DNA of 63,082 bases, filler included, from Reticulomyxa filosa (GCA_000512085.1; 19 parts of 19 records of this genome joined end to end with filler, not necessarily neighbours in it), one strand, 5' to 3'. Counted from the whole stretch's first letter, positions 1-13,490 are shown. The notes: generated from the sequence alone by a model not told the origin. Translations and numbers: made by a program.

Positions 1-157
1 AATTCTATAAAAGAATAGTCCCATCAAACAATGTGGAGATCGATCATTCAATGATTTGATCAACAGAGTAGATCATCGTTGTAAACAAAACACGAACATT
101 GAAACATTTGCTCGAATATTGGATGGATCTACAAGTCAAGTGCAAATATAGTCTCGG

Positions 158-583
158 GTGACAATGCAGAAAAAGAATCATAGCTTATTGTCAAGTCATT
201 ACAATGAAAGAGGCCTGATTGTTTGGGACGCCATCGATACTCACATTGATCAATTGCTCGCAAAAAAGCAAGAGCGTATGCGTACCATTAGAGCAGCAAA
301 TATAATTTCAAAAATCAATGCATTATCCGATAATAAAAAAGAAAATGCGTCAACATGCGTAGAAAGAACTCAAAGAGGTAGTTATGCAATTTTTGTGAAA
401 CATCATTTGGCTATCTTGCTCGATGTGAACGCGACACGAGACAACCCACTTGGTACTGGTACAATGGCAGGCAAATTCAGATCCGTTTCGACTGTAAGCT
501 GGAAAATAAAAGAAGCTCGTTTGAATCAACGAGGCATTTTCCGAGCTAAATTGGTTCAAAGTAATTTTGAACTTTTATTTTAA
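158..583 (+). CDS. Hypothetical protein, 3' portion (possibly degenerate)
   Basis: Protein-like 141-aa ORF followed by AT-rich DNA. No true ATG start, an in-frame TAG just upstream, and no recognised domain. Confidence 0.3.
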   Translation: MTMQKKNHSLLSSHYNERGLIVWDAIDTHIDQLLAKKQERMRTIRAANIISKINALSDNKKENASTCVERTQRGSYAIFVKHHLAILLDVNATRDNPLGTGTMAGKFRSVSTVSWKIKEARLNQRGIFRAKLVQSNFELLF

Positions 584-943
584 AAACTTGGAGTTTGTCT
601 TTTTTTTTTATGATTTTAATAATTTTATTAATTTCAATTGCTTGATAGTTTTTTTAATTTCTGTAAACACCAGTAAACTCTAATTTGAACCAAAACAAAC
701 ACGTACATACTCACGCATACAAAGGTATATAATCATACCTTTTAAAAGTTGGTGTCATCCTGCCCAACCTTGCAAAGTTCAAATAGTGCAACTCCTTGCG
801 TTCCAACCGAAATAACAACATGAAAAATTCAAATCCCCACGGCCTTGAAGATAACCCAAGGTTTTCTATTTTACAAGAGCTGCAAGAGTCCAAAAAAAAA
901 GTGAAGTGTCCAATACCGGCATATCGGAGTTTTTTTTAAAGAA

Positions 944-1519
944 ATGGACCGCACAACAATAAAAAAAAGATAAGTGACAAATTGGACCAATGCCGAGAGA
1001 ATTTGCAAAACACAGTGGACAACATATCAGTATTGGAAAAGCATCGAGAAAAAGAGAGAATGAGCATAGACCGGCAGTTTGAGAAGATGGGAAAGGAGAT
1101 GTTGTTGGCATTAGAAGAGCGTAGGAAGCAATTGCAAAGTTCATTAGACGAAGAAGTGGACGCCAAAATCAACGAGTTGTTAGAGCGAACGAAAGTATAC
1201 CAAGAGCAGATTGCCGAAGGTATGAATCTGCAGCCATCATTGCAAAAACTGGAAGATTTTGAAAAGAGTGACATTTTCAACATTGACAAATCACAAGTTT
1301 TGGGGAAACATGTTATTGTTCTCAGTTTTTTTTTTTTTTTTTTTTTATATATTTGAATTGTGACAATACATATACATGTATGTATATACGCATATAAAAA
1401 AGAAAAATGGATCAAATCCGCGTATATCCGCAGACGAGAACAAAGACACTTCTTGGCTGAGTAAATCATCTCTCACAAAATCATTGCTATCACTAACCAT
1501 GCAACCTCAAAAATCCAAG
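944..1519 (+). CDS. Coiled-coil protein (B-box C-terminal-like), 5' part, intron-containing
   Basis: ATG at 944 joins ORF 982-1356 if one A is added in the A-run near 960. Heptad-rich sequence (IDRQFEKMGKEMLLALEERRKQLQSSLDEE), a second exon near 1400-1519, then the contig ends in an intron. Confidence 0.45.
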
Positions 1520-1635
1520 TTTTTTTCAAAAAAAAAAAAAAAAAATTTTTTTTTTTTTTGTTAATTGGCTTCCCCCTCCCTTTTCGCAATAATTTTTTTT
1601 TTTCACAAAAAAAAAAAAAAAAAAAAAAAAAAAAA

Positions 1636-1735
1636 NNNNNNNNNNNNNNNNNNNNNNNNNNNNNNNNNNNNNNNNNNNNTTAATTAATTAANNNNNNNNN
1701 NNNNNNNNNNNNNNNNNNNNNNNNNNNNNNNNNNN
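1636..1735. other. Artificial contig linker N44-TTAATTAATTAA-N44 (first of 18)
   Basis: Identical 100-nt spacer with stops in all six frames, starting at 1636, 6774, 8904, 14226, 16206, 18621, 20326, 21699, 25460, 26980, 30542, 34444, 37375, 42754, 44496, 51596, 57664 and 61464. It defines 19 unlinked contigs. Confidence 0.98.
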
Positions 1736-1861
1736 AGGCTTAGTTAAAGTTTCTTGTTACAAAGTTGTTATTAATCTGATCGAGTAAAGTTAGAAAAGAT
1801 CGAACACTTAATTCCAATGAAAGAAAAGAATATGATTAATTTTAAAAATTCCAAAATTGCA

Positions 1862-1936
1862 TCAGTGTTATTTTCTACTGTTGTATTTCATTCATTCTAC
1901 AGTCATACGGCCTGTTCCAACAGATTAACTCCTCAT
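1862..1936 (-). ncRNA. Candidate box C/D snoRNA, copy 1
   Basis: Minus strand reads ATGAGGA (box C-like) ... GACTGTAGAATGAATGAAA ... CTGA (box D), 75 nt. Tandem paralogue of 1964-2035. Confidence 0.35.
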
Positions 1937-1963
1937 TGGCCATATGGTTTCAAAGAAATTGAC

Positions 1964-2035
1964 TCAGAATTGTTCTATTGTTGACGTTTCATTCATTCTA
2001 CAGTCTAACGCCATTCAATAGAATTACATCCTCAT
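1964..2035 (-). ncRNA. Candidate box C/D snoRNA, copy 2
   Basis: Same ATGAGGA, 19-nt core and terminal CTGA as copy 1, 72 nt; the intervening sequence has diverged. Confidence 0.35.
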
Positions 2036-2761
2036 TGGCAACATATTTTCCAAGAAAACGTGAATAAAGAAAAATGATAAATATATAATAAAACTCAAAA
2101 AGTTGATGTTTGTATAAATAATTCAATTTTACCGATTTATGATTTTATGCAATTCTTCAACACATTTTATTAAGTTTACAGCATTTTTTGCCACCATACT
2201 TTTCATTATGGATAAGCTTTTCATTTGCTCTCCGGCAAAACTTTCAAAAAAATTTTGATTTTAGTTTGAATTAACACTGAAGACAGCTTTCTTATTTATA
2301 TTTTTTGCTCCAATGTATTCGTTGACTTCTTTTCAAACTTCAGTTAAAATTTCATTTCTTCTTTGTGTAGCCATGCGATAAGAAAAAATACGTTTATGGT
2401 ATAATTTTGTTCGAGGGAAACATCAAGTGACATTTTGAAAAAAAAAACAAGCAAACAAACATATGTAACAATGCCATCACAAATCCGACAACTCTTTCCT
2501 CTTCACAAAATAAAAAACACAAAAAACAAAACGGAAAGACACACAACCAAAGAAAAAAATCATAATTCTAAAGATCTAAACAAATATACTATGAAAAGAA
2601 CACCAACAAACTGTAGACTTAAAAAAAAGTCCTGGTAACGTTATCTTGGAGGTTCGGTGGACCCTACCCACGAGGCTATTCAACATAAAACACAAATGTA
2701 AGGTACATTACAACAGTTTGTTCGTGATTGTCGACAACAAAATGAAAATAAATAAGAAATA

Positions 2762-5700
2762 CTACAAACCAGCCCAATCCCACCATCCTTGTTGTTTCTG
2801 ATCACCAATATTTCCGCGAGGATTGGCACGTTGTACTTGTCTCGTGAGCTGGGCACGTTGTATTGAGGATAGATGTTGAGGATGAATAGGCACAGCTTGG
2901 TAAGTGATCGGTGTATTTATATTGGCGTTCGTGAGAATGTGGTGGTTATTATTTGGAGAATTGTTGATTGGAATGGTAGTGGTTGTGTTGAGATTGTTGG
3001 AAGGGGAAATGATCGTATTAATAGGAGAATGGGAATGAGTATGCGTATGAGCATTGATATTGGAATTGATATTGGAATTGATATTGAGGTTGGTGTTCGT
3101 GTTGTGATATTCCAGCCCTAATCCAATTCCACTGAGATTAGTGGAATGAACGGGATTAGTGGTTGGTGACGGCGTGAGAGACATGCGTCCAATTTGTTGC
3201 ATTTTTCGTTGGCGATGTTTGTCAACAACAGCCTTGGCACTATTGTGTTTATCACATGGGTTTTGTTATTCACCGACGACGCCGTGTCTGTTATTGTGTT
3301 GGTCGTCGGTGTCAATATACTCGGTGTGCCAACAGGTGTCGACACCGACAGCGGAGATGTAATGGGAATATTCGTTGTGGGAAGTATGTTATTATAGTTT
3401 AAATTTGTGGAAGTGGATGTTATAGGCATCGTTTGTGGACTTGGAGCAGAAACAGTGTACAGCAATGTATTTATGTGTTCGGGTTGTTGTTGTTGTTGCA
3501 ACAAAGGCTGTGGTACTTGCGATGTGTTCACATATTGGCCTGGCGTTGATCCTTTAGTAGTGGATGAAAGGGGTCTCAACGTGCTTGGATTGGTTCCAAC
3601 GCGACGACTCTTTATTTTTATTTTTTGTTTATTCATTGTGTTTTAAAAAAACATAACATATATGTATATGTATATATATATATATATTATGTCTATGCAC
3701 TGAACATGGAAATCATTATTTAGACTATGAAGCGAATGACCACTTTGTACGCTGGTATGAGATCCCATGGAAAATCCACTAAAGTTACGGTCGTGAGATA
3801 TTGTAGTGGTGTCTTTTTCCTTATGTTCGTCTCGATCTTTATCTCTCTCAATTTCTCCAATGACTCCAGTGAACTGACTACTCCAATTATTTGTCGCGTT
3901 GCTCGACATACTGTTGCTATGGTTCTTGGAGGTCCCACTCCCGCCTGGCGTTGGATGGGTACCGATTCGTGGACTTGATGGCAGAGTTATACCATGAGAA
4001 ACCGCTATCTGTTCCAATTGTTTCAATCGCTTTCTCAATCGTTTTTCTTTTCGTTCTTGCGTCTTTGTGTTATCTAGCAAATCTTTCACTGACTCTTCCA
4101 ATTCCCGGTTCACATTTGTTACATTTGCAACATCTTTCATTACACGTTCGAGCATCCACGATTTCTTGTTCACCAAAATTCTCAAGTTACTGATTATTAT
4201 TATTATTATTATTATTATTAATTGTTTTTTTCGTCTCACTCAATTAAAAACATATTATATCAATGTGACCATTTATTTATTTTTTTTGAAATAAAATGGG
4301 AACAAACTGATTCCAATCCACCAACATATCAACGTATTCTTGCCAGACATTGGAAATTTTTTCTTCTTCGGCAACTGGTGGCGGTGGTGGAGTACTTTCT
4401 TCTGGCAACATGACCTGCGGCCAGGTTCGCTCTCCGGTGTTTGGATCAATGAAAGTATATTTTTTGGTCCATTTTTCGTCGTCCATGATATAAATGCGTT
4501 TAATGACTCGTCCATATGCGTCCACTTCGGCATTGTTGGGGATTATTTCTTTCTCGATTTCCTTGTCTTTCTTGAAATCACGGAGTTGATTTTCCGCTTT
4601 TTCAAGTGCTTCTTTCAACTGTGTATTTTCCTTTATTAGTTTTTCAATTGTCTTTTTCAATGATACACTGTCAGAAGGAATAACAATGGGATGCAAGTCC
4701 ACCACTTGGAGTTGTATCACTTTGCTGCCGTTCGGAGTCCAATTGTTACTACTGTGAGTGTGAGGCAAGCCATGGGGCTGTCCCGGACTTAAACTGGGGG
4801 TACGACTACGTGGCACCGCTATCTAATCATGATTTCATTTCAATGGTATTCTTTGTGAAATGAAGCAAACAAACGGTACAAAAAAAAAAGGGGTCGAAAA
4901 TACAAACTTTTTTCAATCGGGCAATCTCTCGAAGTATTTTTTTACAATGCATCGATTTCACGGCCAGTTCATTTTTCAACTCTTGTTCGGTGATATCCAG
5001 TAGTATCATTCCGTCGATGTATTGCTCAATAAACGACGTCATATACATTTTGCAATGGATTGAGATAAGCCAGTATCCTACCTCTTCACACGTCCAATTC
5101 CAGCAATTTTCCTTTTTTTTTTTTTTTTTTTTTTGCATAAAAATAGTTTGTTACAAAACAAATCAGAAAACAGGAGATCAGAGTAACTGGTTTTGCAAAT
5201 TCGCTATTATTTTCTTTTTGCTCCATCAGCGAAGTTATTAAATTGGACAATGCTGTGCTGCCAAACTCGGAATTTAACGGTCTTGACACTGACAAGGTCT
5301 CAAACTTGGACGATGTTCTGGGTTTGTCTACATTTACGTATGCGTATATATGTGTACGTATATATATTCATATATATATATATTGTATATGTATTATGTA
5401 TAAATTATTGAATAAGTACAAATATGTAATGCACACATACACAAACACAATATTCTTTTTTTTTTTTTTTTTTAGTTGTTTAAACCATTGATGTGTTTAC
5501 TTTCTCCATTTTCACTGCCATTGGACTCATTCTCGTGATCAGTGTCAAATTTACTTTTCATTCGTTGCTCTAATTCCTCTTGTATTTTTTTTCGCTCTTC
5601 ACTAAACTTGTGATCATATTCCGTCGATATTTGAATGCGTAATTTCGCCTCCAAACTTTCACGTAGTGTACTCTTGTTTTGTTTTTTTTTTTAAATGGCG

Positions 5701-6735
5701 CAGTGAATATTTATTCTGTGAGAAGAAAAAAAAAAAAAAGACCTCTAAAGTATTTTTGACGGTTTGAATTTCAATAGACCGTTGTTCATCTTTTTCTTTC
5801 AAGCGGAATTCATAGTCTTTGACTAATTCGTGCAGTTTTTCGGTGTATTTTAAGACTTGTTCGCTGGAAGAAGCAGTCAATTGGTCCATTCGACTTCGGT
5901 GTTGTTCTTGCGCCGCTTGGTATTTTTCAGTCCAATGAACCAACTCTTGTTGAAATTTCTCACATTGATTTTGGCTCAATTTCAACTGTTTTTCCGTGGT
6001 CTGTAATTGTTCCACAAGACTTTGCTTTTCTTGTTGCCATTGATCTTCCATTGTCTTCAATTGTGCCAACAGAGCTAATTTGGTTTTTTGTTCATTCGAT
6101 GGGATCCGGCATTCCATCCACTCGCTTATTTCGAGCTTCCTTGTCACTTTCTAACCAAAGTAAGCAAGTATCATATACGCATAATGTGAATCGTTATCCG
6201 ATGAACAAAAAAAAAAAAAAAAAAAGACAAAACTCCTTTCAATTCTTGAATAGCTCTGAGGAGAGTGTTGACATGTAATCCTCGAATACGCAAATCTTTC
6301 TGTAAAAACTCTGCTGTCAAGTCATACAAGAGCATATCGCCTCGAATTTTATTTTGGAAAAATACTTGCATATATTCTTCATATCCAATGGTGGACAGCC
6401 AATATGCGACTTCGTATTCGTCCCATTTCAGTGCATTGTTCTTTTTTTATTTATTTATTTATTTTTTTTTTTAATGTAATAAAATAAAACAGTTACAAAA
6501 TAGCAAAAAGAAACAATATCGAAACTATGTCTGCAAAATCAGCGGCTAAGGCTCTTCGTTCCAACTCGGTTTGCCACTCTTGTTTGGTCTTAATTTTGGA
6601 TATTTGTTGGTCAACCAACGATTCAATTTGCTTCGTCATTTCTTGTTCTACCAAAGCAAGTTCAGAAGGATGCCATTCATCTGCTTCTTCCGCTTGCAGC
6701 ACTGATTTCCGATTCAATCGTTTTATTTCCGCTAT
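2762..6735 (-). CDS. Multi-exon protein with two SAM domains, coiled coils and a T/N/Q-rich tail (5' truncated)
   Basis: SAM1 WDEYEVAYWLSTIGYEEYMQVFFQNKIRGDMLLYDLTAEFLQKDLRIRGLHVNTLLRAIQEL (about 6240-6430) and SAM2 WTCEEVGYWLISIHCKMYMTSFIEQYIDGMILLDITEQELKNELAVKSMHCKKILREIARL (about 4910-5110). GT-AG introns 5112-5187 and 5673-5742 restore the frame. Ends GWWDWAGL*. Confidence 0.8.
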
Positions 6736-6873
6736 CTATTTTTTTAAAGTTTTTCTATTTTTTTTTTTTTTTTNNNNNNNNNNNNNNNNNNNNNNNNNNN
6801 NNNNNNNNNNNNNNNNNTTAATTAATTAANNNNNNNNNNNNNNNNNNNNNNNNNNNNNNNNNNNNNNNNNNNN

Positions 6874-8286
6874 AAATCGCACAACTGCAGTGCACTGAGT
6901 TTCTACCAGATGGAAAAGCACAGCAAATATTGCGACAACAAGTTGTGTGTAAGCAGTGTATCTGACGCGGAAGCGTTAATGAATAGTGCAACGAGTTTTC
7001 GCAGCAATACGCGTATCGAAGAAATTTTGCTGACGGATATAATCATTGAAGTGCACAAGATACGTCGCGCATTGCAGTTGACAAAGCAGCGTTTCCAAAG
7101 CCATCAACTGAAGCTGTCTTTCGTCAGTGACGACCCGTTCCAAATCCACGTGTGGAACCACCTCATCACCCAACACCATCAAAGCCTCGTGCTTGCACCC
7201 TCGCTTCCCATTGGAGGCACTTATGCACCCAGCAATCCACCAAGATACCAAGCACCACCAATGCTCGGTTCGAGTCTCGGGGGATTAACATAACATACTT
7301 TCATATTATTGCATAAAAGAGGGCCAAACAATTTTTTTTTTAAAAAAATATATATGCATGTATAATATATACATATATATGTATGTATATATAGTTGTTA
7401 TTTGTTTTGTGTGTGTGTGTGTGTGGAAAGGTGTATATATTGCGTTGAATGACTTGCGCAAAACGAGTGAAAGTCCGATAGGCATTCAAGTGGAAAGTGC
7501 CACGGGAAAAACGAAGATGATTGAAATGCTACAGTTTTTGGTGAATGAGTGCAGACAGACTTTGTATTTGAAAGGGTTTGAGCTGTATGGGTTGGTGAGG
7601 GAAAGTGAAAGGGCCATCGAGTGGGCAAAGGCAATTGCGAAAGAGTATTACTATGATTTGATCGGTCAAGACATTGGAGAACTCGTCATTGGGTCGGAAA
7701 TTTACTCTTCTTTCGCAAATGAAGTTCAACCCAGTGAGTACTTGTTCACGAGTCATGTCAATGCCTTGCATCTGTTGACCACGGTCTTGAACAATTATGA
7801 AAGAAGGCGCCGTCCAATTCCAACTCGAAGACTCCGGTTAAATATGCTCTCAATGTCGTCGATGCTGGAAACCAAATATTGAAAACAAAGCCAAATGAAC
7901 CGATCACCGCTCAGGTGACTCGCAAATATGTCCCCGATTATTTGCTTCGATCTTCTGCGAATGGTCAGAATGAAGAAGATTTGGAGGGAGAAAAGGAGGA
8001 GGACGTCAAACGACAAAGTGAAAATGACACTGTTGAAAATGATGGAATGATAAGTAGCCAATGGTATTTCTCTTGTGTCAATGACTACGGAATGATTTCA
8101 AGAAAAACCATCGCCACTTCCAATGACATTGAAAATGATATGTTGAACATTGGCACAAAAGTGCAACTCGCACTTGTCCCGCCTTCTCTTACGCCCACAA
8201 TTCACAATTTTGATTTCATTGTTGCTGTCAGAAATAATGTAGTGGTTGATGTCTGGAATCTTGAAGGTAGGTCTCCTGGACATTAA
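6874..8286 (+). CDS. Hypothetical protein, 3' part
   Basis: Three consecutive plus-strand ORFs joined by one probable intron (about 7270-7430) and a frameshift near 7880. No domain recognised. Confidence 0.5.
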
Positions 8287-9111
8287 CCTTCCTTCTCCTT
8301 TTCAATTTCGTACAATAGGCAATTCTTCCTTTTTTTAATAGCTTCAACATGCTTCGTATGTTGTTTCTTTTATGTAATTGTATTTAGAATTCATATTTTC
8401 CCAAATTTGTTTCGCTTGCTTAAAAAACTTTTTCATAATTGGATTTTTTTTTTGCAAATTTCAAGTGTTCCTATCAATTCTACCTTTTTCATTTAAAAAA
8501 CTTTATAATGACGAATTTGTAATATTAAAAATTTTTTTTCACATTTTTTAATAATTTTTTTAAATCCAAAAAACTTTTACAAAACTGTGTTGCCGTATTA
8601 TCGTAAAAAAAAGTATACAAAGGAAAATAGAAAAGGTTGGAAATATGCAAAAATACGCAAAAAGTAACATAACAAGCTAATCTTTCAACGAACTTCAAAT
8701 AACTTAAGTTAATATTTCGAGTGTTATCACTAATGAATACATTAAAAAGTAATTAATGTTTATCAACATAAAACAAGGCAAAAAACAAAATTAATTCCTT
8801 AGTTTGAACAACATTTACTCAGTGTAATCACACATGCTTTGGGTGGTAAATATTAGACGTAGAGTGTCATTTGGAGCGTAAGCTAGTGTTCAATTACTTT
8901 TTTNNNNNNNNNNNNNNNNNNNNNNNNNNNNNNNNNNNNNNNNNNNNTTAATTAATTAANNNNNNNNNNNNNNNNNNNNNNNNNNNNNNNNNNNNNNNNN
9001 NNNCCCGGAATTCAAACCCTTTCGGTTCCAACAGTTTTGTATTTATATATTACATATATATATATACGAAAGAACAGAAAATCGCACAAACAACAATAAC
9101 AAAATAACAAG

Positions 9112-9282
9112 GGATTAAATTGGGAATTAATGAGCGATCAACAAGTAAAACCACCATTTATGCCACGAATAACCACGAACACTGATTTATCTAATTTCGA
9201 AACTTATCCCGAGGAATCCATCGAGGAAGATCTTCTTGATGATCCTCAAGGTACAAAATATAAGTGGTGTGAGGACTTTTAA
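9112..9282 (+). CDS. AGC-family kinase C-terminal tail (PKA/PKG-like), last exon
   Basis: Manual translation GLNWELMSDQQVKPPFMPRITTNTDLSNFETYPEESIEEDLLDDPQGTKYKWCEDF* has the AGC PPFxP and DxSNF motifs and a terminal WxxDF. Missed by the ORF track. Confidence 0.8.
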   Translation, partial: GLNWELMSDQQVKPPFMPRITTNTDLSNFETYPEESIEEDLLDDPQGTKYKWCEDF

Positions 9283-10079
9283 TCAGGTTCGTTTTTTCCT
9301 TTTTTTCTATTTTTTATTTTTTCCTATCTTTTGTTGGCTGCCTTTCTTTTTTTTTCCATATCTCTTCCACATTTGTACATTGTAAGTTCGTTTGCTTTTT
9401 TTTCCCAAAGTTCTTCATTTCTGCTTTTTTGCAATATGTGGCAGTCTAGTTTGGTTTGTTTAAATACATCTTGTTGCTATTTGTTATTTTTTATTTTGTT
9501 TCATTTGTTGTGTTTATTTTTGTATTGCATTTTCGAAGCCAGAAATTGTCAAACAATCAAACGTTATCACATATTATATATTTTTTTCATGTATTAAAGT
9601 GTGCCGATTGTTAGCTACGACAGTTGTAGATAAAGAAAAACAAAAATATTAAAACTATTTGAATTGGATACCTCGAAAAGTATACTCGTTCGCGCGTTTT
9701 TAACTTGGAAACACATTTTGATGAATTACATTGTTGAAAGCCTTATGTTAATATTCCTAAAAAAATTTGTGCGAAAGAGTTAAAAAAATATACAATTGGA
9801 AAGTAGTGTTCATGTTAGTGTTTTTTCAATATCGTAATTAAGTAATACAAATAATTAGGATTTAATAACAAATATTCGGCACAAAATACTTACAAATAGT
9901 TTTTTTGTCAAAGACGAAAAAGAAACTTGAACGCAGTTTCCTATCATTTTGATCTTTGGTTACCATTGTTTACAAAAAAATGAAACAAATATACGGACAA
10001 GAAAAAAAATTTCATTAGTTTTGCAAAAAAAAAGTTAAGTACATTGTTTTCTGGTAAACCAAATAAATTTATTTGTTGA

Positions 10080-11554
10080 TCAGTTATCAAAAGTGTCGTT
10101 GTGAGCATATACCGGAGTAATACCAAAGAAAAACTTGCTGACAACATCGCAACAACCACAAAATCTTTGATAATGATGGTCCATCCACCTGAACGAAAAT
10201 ATCATAGTGCTAATATTGACAACGATATCGATGCTTCCTAAAAGTCCAATATTCCCAATGAAGGGTACCAAAAGAAAAACGGTAATCGTAGTCGCAATAC
10301 TGGTAACATATAACACGGCCAACTTAAATAGCAAGTAATAATACTTGTCAATTTGGGAACGTCGCTCAGCAAATCCTTTGTTTTGGAAACTCAAAACGCC
10401 CTCATTTCTGGCAATTATTGAATTTGACTTATTTAGATCTTGTGAGAGTGCTATATTTATTTGCTTATAATTAAATCCAAAAATCGGGAACGTTTTTTTG
10501 TGTATGTGTTGTTTATTGATTGAGCAGACCTGTGGCTTCCATTTCCAAATGTTGCAAGGAATGTTTTGCAAACAATTTGAGCTTCCACAAGAAAATGAAT
10601 GCCCACAAAGCCGTTGCTGTCGTGTCGATGATCACAGCCGGCAAAACGGCTTTGGCATTTAATCTTGCCGACTCACACTCCGCATAAGGTGCAGATCCAA
10701 CAATTATTACATAAAAAATTGAGCCTCCAAACAGTGCTATTGTCAATATATTATAAAAAAAACATCCATTTTTTTTTTTTTTTTTTGTACGTGGGTAGTG
10801 TACCACAATTATATTGTTTTAACGGACATTGAATTGTGTCAGATAACACGCATGAATTTGCTTGCGTATACATCCCTTCCAAACATATATAATATGTACA
10901 TATATACAAGACCCTCACCTAAAATAATGGCCACTGAAGAAATGTACAGATGTACAATATTAAATTGATAGGCAGTCCTTTGAAAAGTAAATTGTATTCG
11001 AAAGATGTAAAAAATAATATTGCATGCTCTTTGGACACTTAGCAATAATATTGGCAGATGATTAGGTACACAAGGTACTATCATTCTACAAAATAATTCG
11101 AGACCTATCGAGATTGAATTATATTGAACAAAAATGAGCATGCAAATACAGCTAATAATTAATACATATTTGATTATCCAATGTTGTGGTCCTTGTACAA
11201 CTTCAGCTTTGCTGCTCCTGTTACCATTGCTATTCTCTCTTTTTTCTGCTTGTGATTCTTGCGTGACTCGTACTTCTTGTAGTTCTGTTTCATTTGCATT
11301 TTCTTTACCGGCTACAATCTCTTTTCTTTTGATGAGAGTATATGCAGTTTTAGTTTCGATGGTCCTCTCTCAGACCCACTTGGCCGGGGATGCAGCTTTA
11401 TGGAATACGGACAGTACACAAACTGCAATAAACGCGCAGACACTATTATACTCGCAACCGCTACGAGAACTGACACAACGAACGAACCTATTGCTCCTGC
11501 TTTGCTGCTCCAAGTCCGTTGCCAATAAATTTGATTGCAATGGGCATTTTCCAT
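10080..11554 (-). CDS. Multi-pass (about 7 TM) GPCR-like membrane protein
   Basis: Four minus-strand ORFs (11554, 11141, 10806, 10571) give about seven hydrophobic helices. The last helix DIVVNISTMIFSF is followed by YQRFCGCC (helix-8/palmitoylation-like). Frameshifts at A-runs in the first loop. Confidence 0.6.
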
Positions 11555-13008
11555 TGTCTTATACCTTAGCTGTGTCTGCTCTCTCTGCTTCTTACGTTTT
11601 CAAACCTTAAATTTCACTTTTCCTTATTTTTCAAATTCACCTGCTTAAAAAACAGATAATTACAAAAGTTGCTGTCAACTATCCAAAAAGCAAGATATCA
11701 CAGCCTAACAAAGTTAATAGAGATTCTTGGACAATTTGAATACATAAATCAATTTGTCCAGTTTATAAGAAGTAAATAGGTAACAAATGTCATAAAAAGA
11801 TCGTTCTCTTTTGGGCCAGTTTCAATATGAAATAGAAAATAAATTAAATAATAAGAGCAAAACAAAATATAAATATTTGTTTTGCTTTTCCTTTTTCTGT
11901 GTAAAACACGTTTCAAAAAAACGCCTTGCAATTCCTTGCAATACATACATAAAGCGTAGAACATATAATATGTTGAAGGAAAAGTAGAAAAAAAACAGTA
12001 TAACGGTTATACGTACCTTTAGTCGTTCTGTGGCAGTGCCAAATGTAGGCTAGACTGAGACAACGTCCAAACGCAAACCCAATCTAAATTTCATTAGATT
12101 TGGATCAATATTCCTTCTTGTTTAGTGGAGCAGCAAATCGCTTAGATTTGCCACTGGATTGAAAAATTTCTGTGCGATCGTAGTGATCCGAGGTTGACAA
12201 TGCTGTTGTGATTCATGGGCAGAAGCATATCTTTCACTTGCATCGAGCGCGCTTCTCGTGTGTCCGTTTTATGATTTGAATTGAAAATTTTTCGTTAGTT
12301 AGTGACAATTCAACAAATGTAAATTGTCTGCCAATTTGTTTCTGCTTTCTTTAAACTGTTGTACAAGCTTCTTCAATCATTTCGCGGGTTTTGTCAGAAC
12401 AAAGTCGTATACGTCGTCCAATCCAAAGTGATTTATAAAACAAATGTCTTCAAACAAAAAAAGAACAAGAGCTTTTCAAGCGAATCAGCGCATGAAATGA
12501 CAGATATCGCTTCGGTTTTCCAATTGTGATAATGTCATTGTAATGCAACAGAATTAATAGCATTTGTGAGTGACCCCAGCAAAAAGATTATCTAGCAAGC
12601 ATACTTGATCGTACAAATACAAATTATAATAGTTGATGTGCACTTACTACCATAGCTTAGGACTCAACATATACATAACGATTAATATGCAAGATACATT
12701 ATTTCAAATATGAATTAAAATGTCGTATAAAGAGCTATCATTCGTCAATGCTTGACAAATAACAAAAACAATTTAATTCTAGTTTCTTTACAATTTCGGA
12801 CATCATATTTTGTAAAAATGAAGATAATAAAGAAAAGTTGAAAAGAGTAAACCCTACTAGTTGTTTAGAAGGTTACAAGGAAAACTCTGATTAAAAATGT
12901 AATTAGATGTGTTATTTCAACTTAATGTGCAATTGGACTGTTTATCTGTTTTTAAAAATTTCATTTGGTATATTCTAAAAATGAGATATTTTTTTCATAT
13001 GTTGATAG

Positions 13009-13490
13009 CTAAACATAACCACCCAAAAATAAAACACATCCCCCAAATGGGGCCAATCGTCCCCATTCTCTATTTTGAGCCAGACCAACAACATACAACG
13101 AACCACAAAATAGTACAATTCCAGTCGAAAAAAGGATCCCTGCTTTCGATACTCGGGCAGTTTCTTTGTTTTTAATTCCGTATGAAACTAACATCAGACC
13201 AAGACTGTGGTAGAATTGATATTTCACTCCAGTGTCAAAAGTCTCAAAAAAATAAGGATCAGACACCCGTGGCCTAAGGACATGAGCCCCTATCGTCCCC
13301 ATGCAAATAGATGACGCTGTATTTCATATTAATTGCCTTGTAATTGAACAAACTGTTTATGGGACAGCAAGCAAACGAAACGCGTTTTCTGTTCCAAACC
13401 TGCTGAAACACCCCCTAAGAACCACCAAACGCTTGCTTGCTTGAAACTACGGCTAGGAGTAGATGATATCTTCATTTTTTGGTTTGACAT
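13009..13490 (-). CDS. TMEM256: TMEM256 / DUF423 family membrane protein
   Basis: Family motifs GTIGAH, FDTGVKYQFYHSLGL, GIVLFCGSLY and APFGG; first exon MSNQK...WWFLGGVSAG. Confidence 0.85.

Noticed and set aside
1895-1905. GACTGTAGA resembling a tRNA-Tyr anticodon arm
   Set aside because: No acceptor stem, D-arm or TTCGA T-arm around it.
11300-11320. Stop-codon reassignment suggested by in-frame TAG/TAA
   Set aside because: TAA and TAG end recognisable genes here (AGC kinase tail, MAP2K, SAM protein); internal stops are explained by introns, frameshifts or decay.
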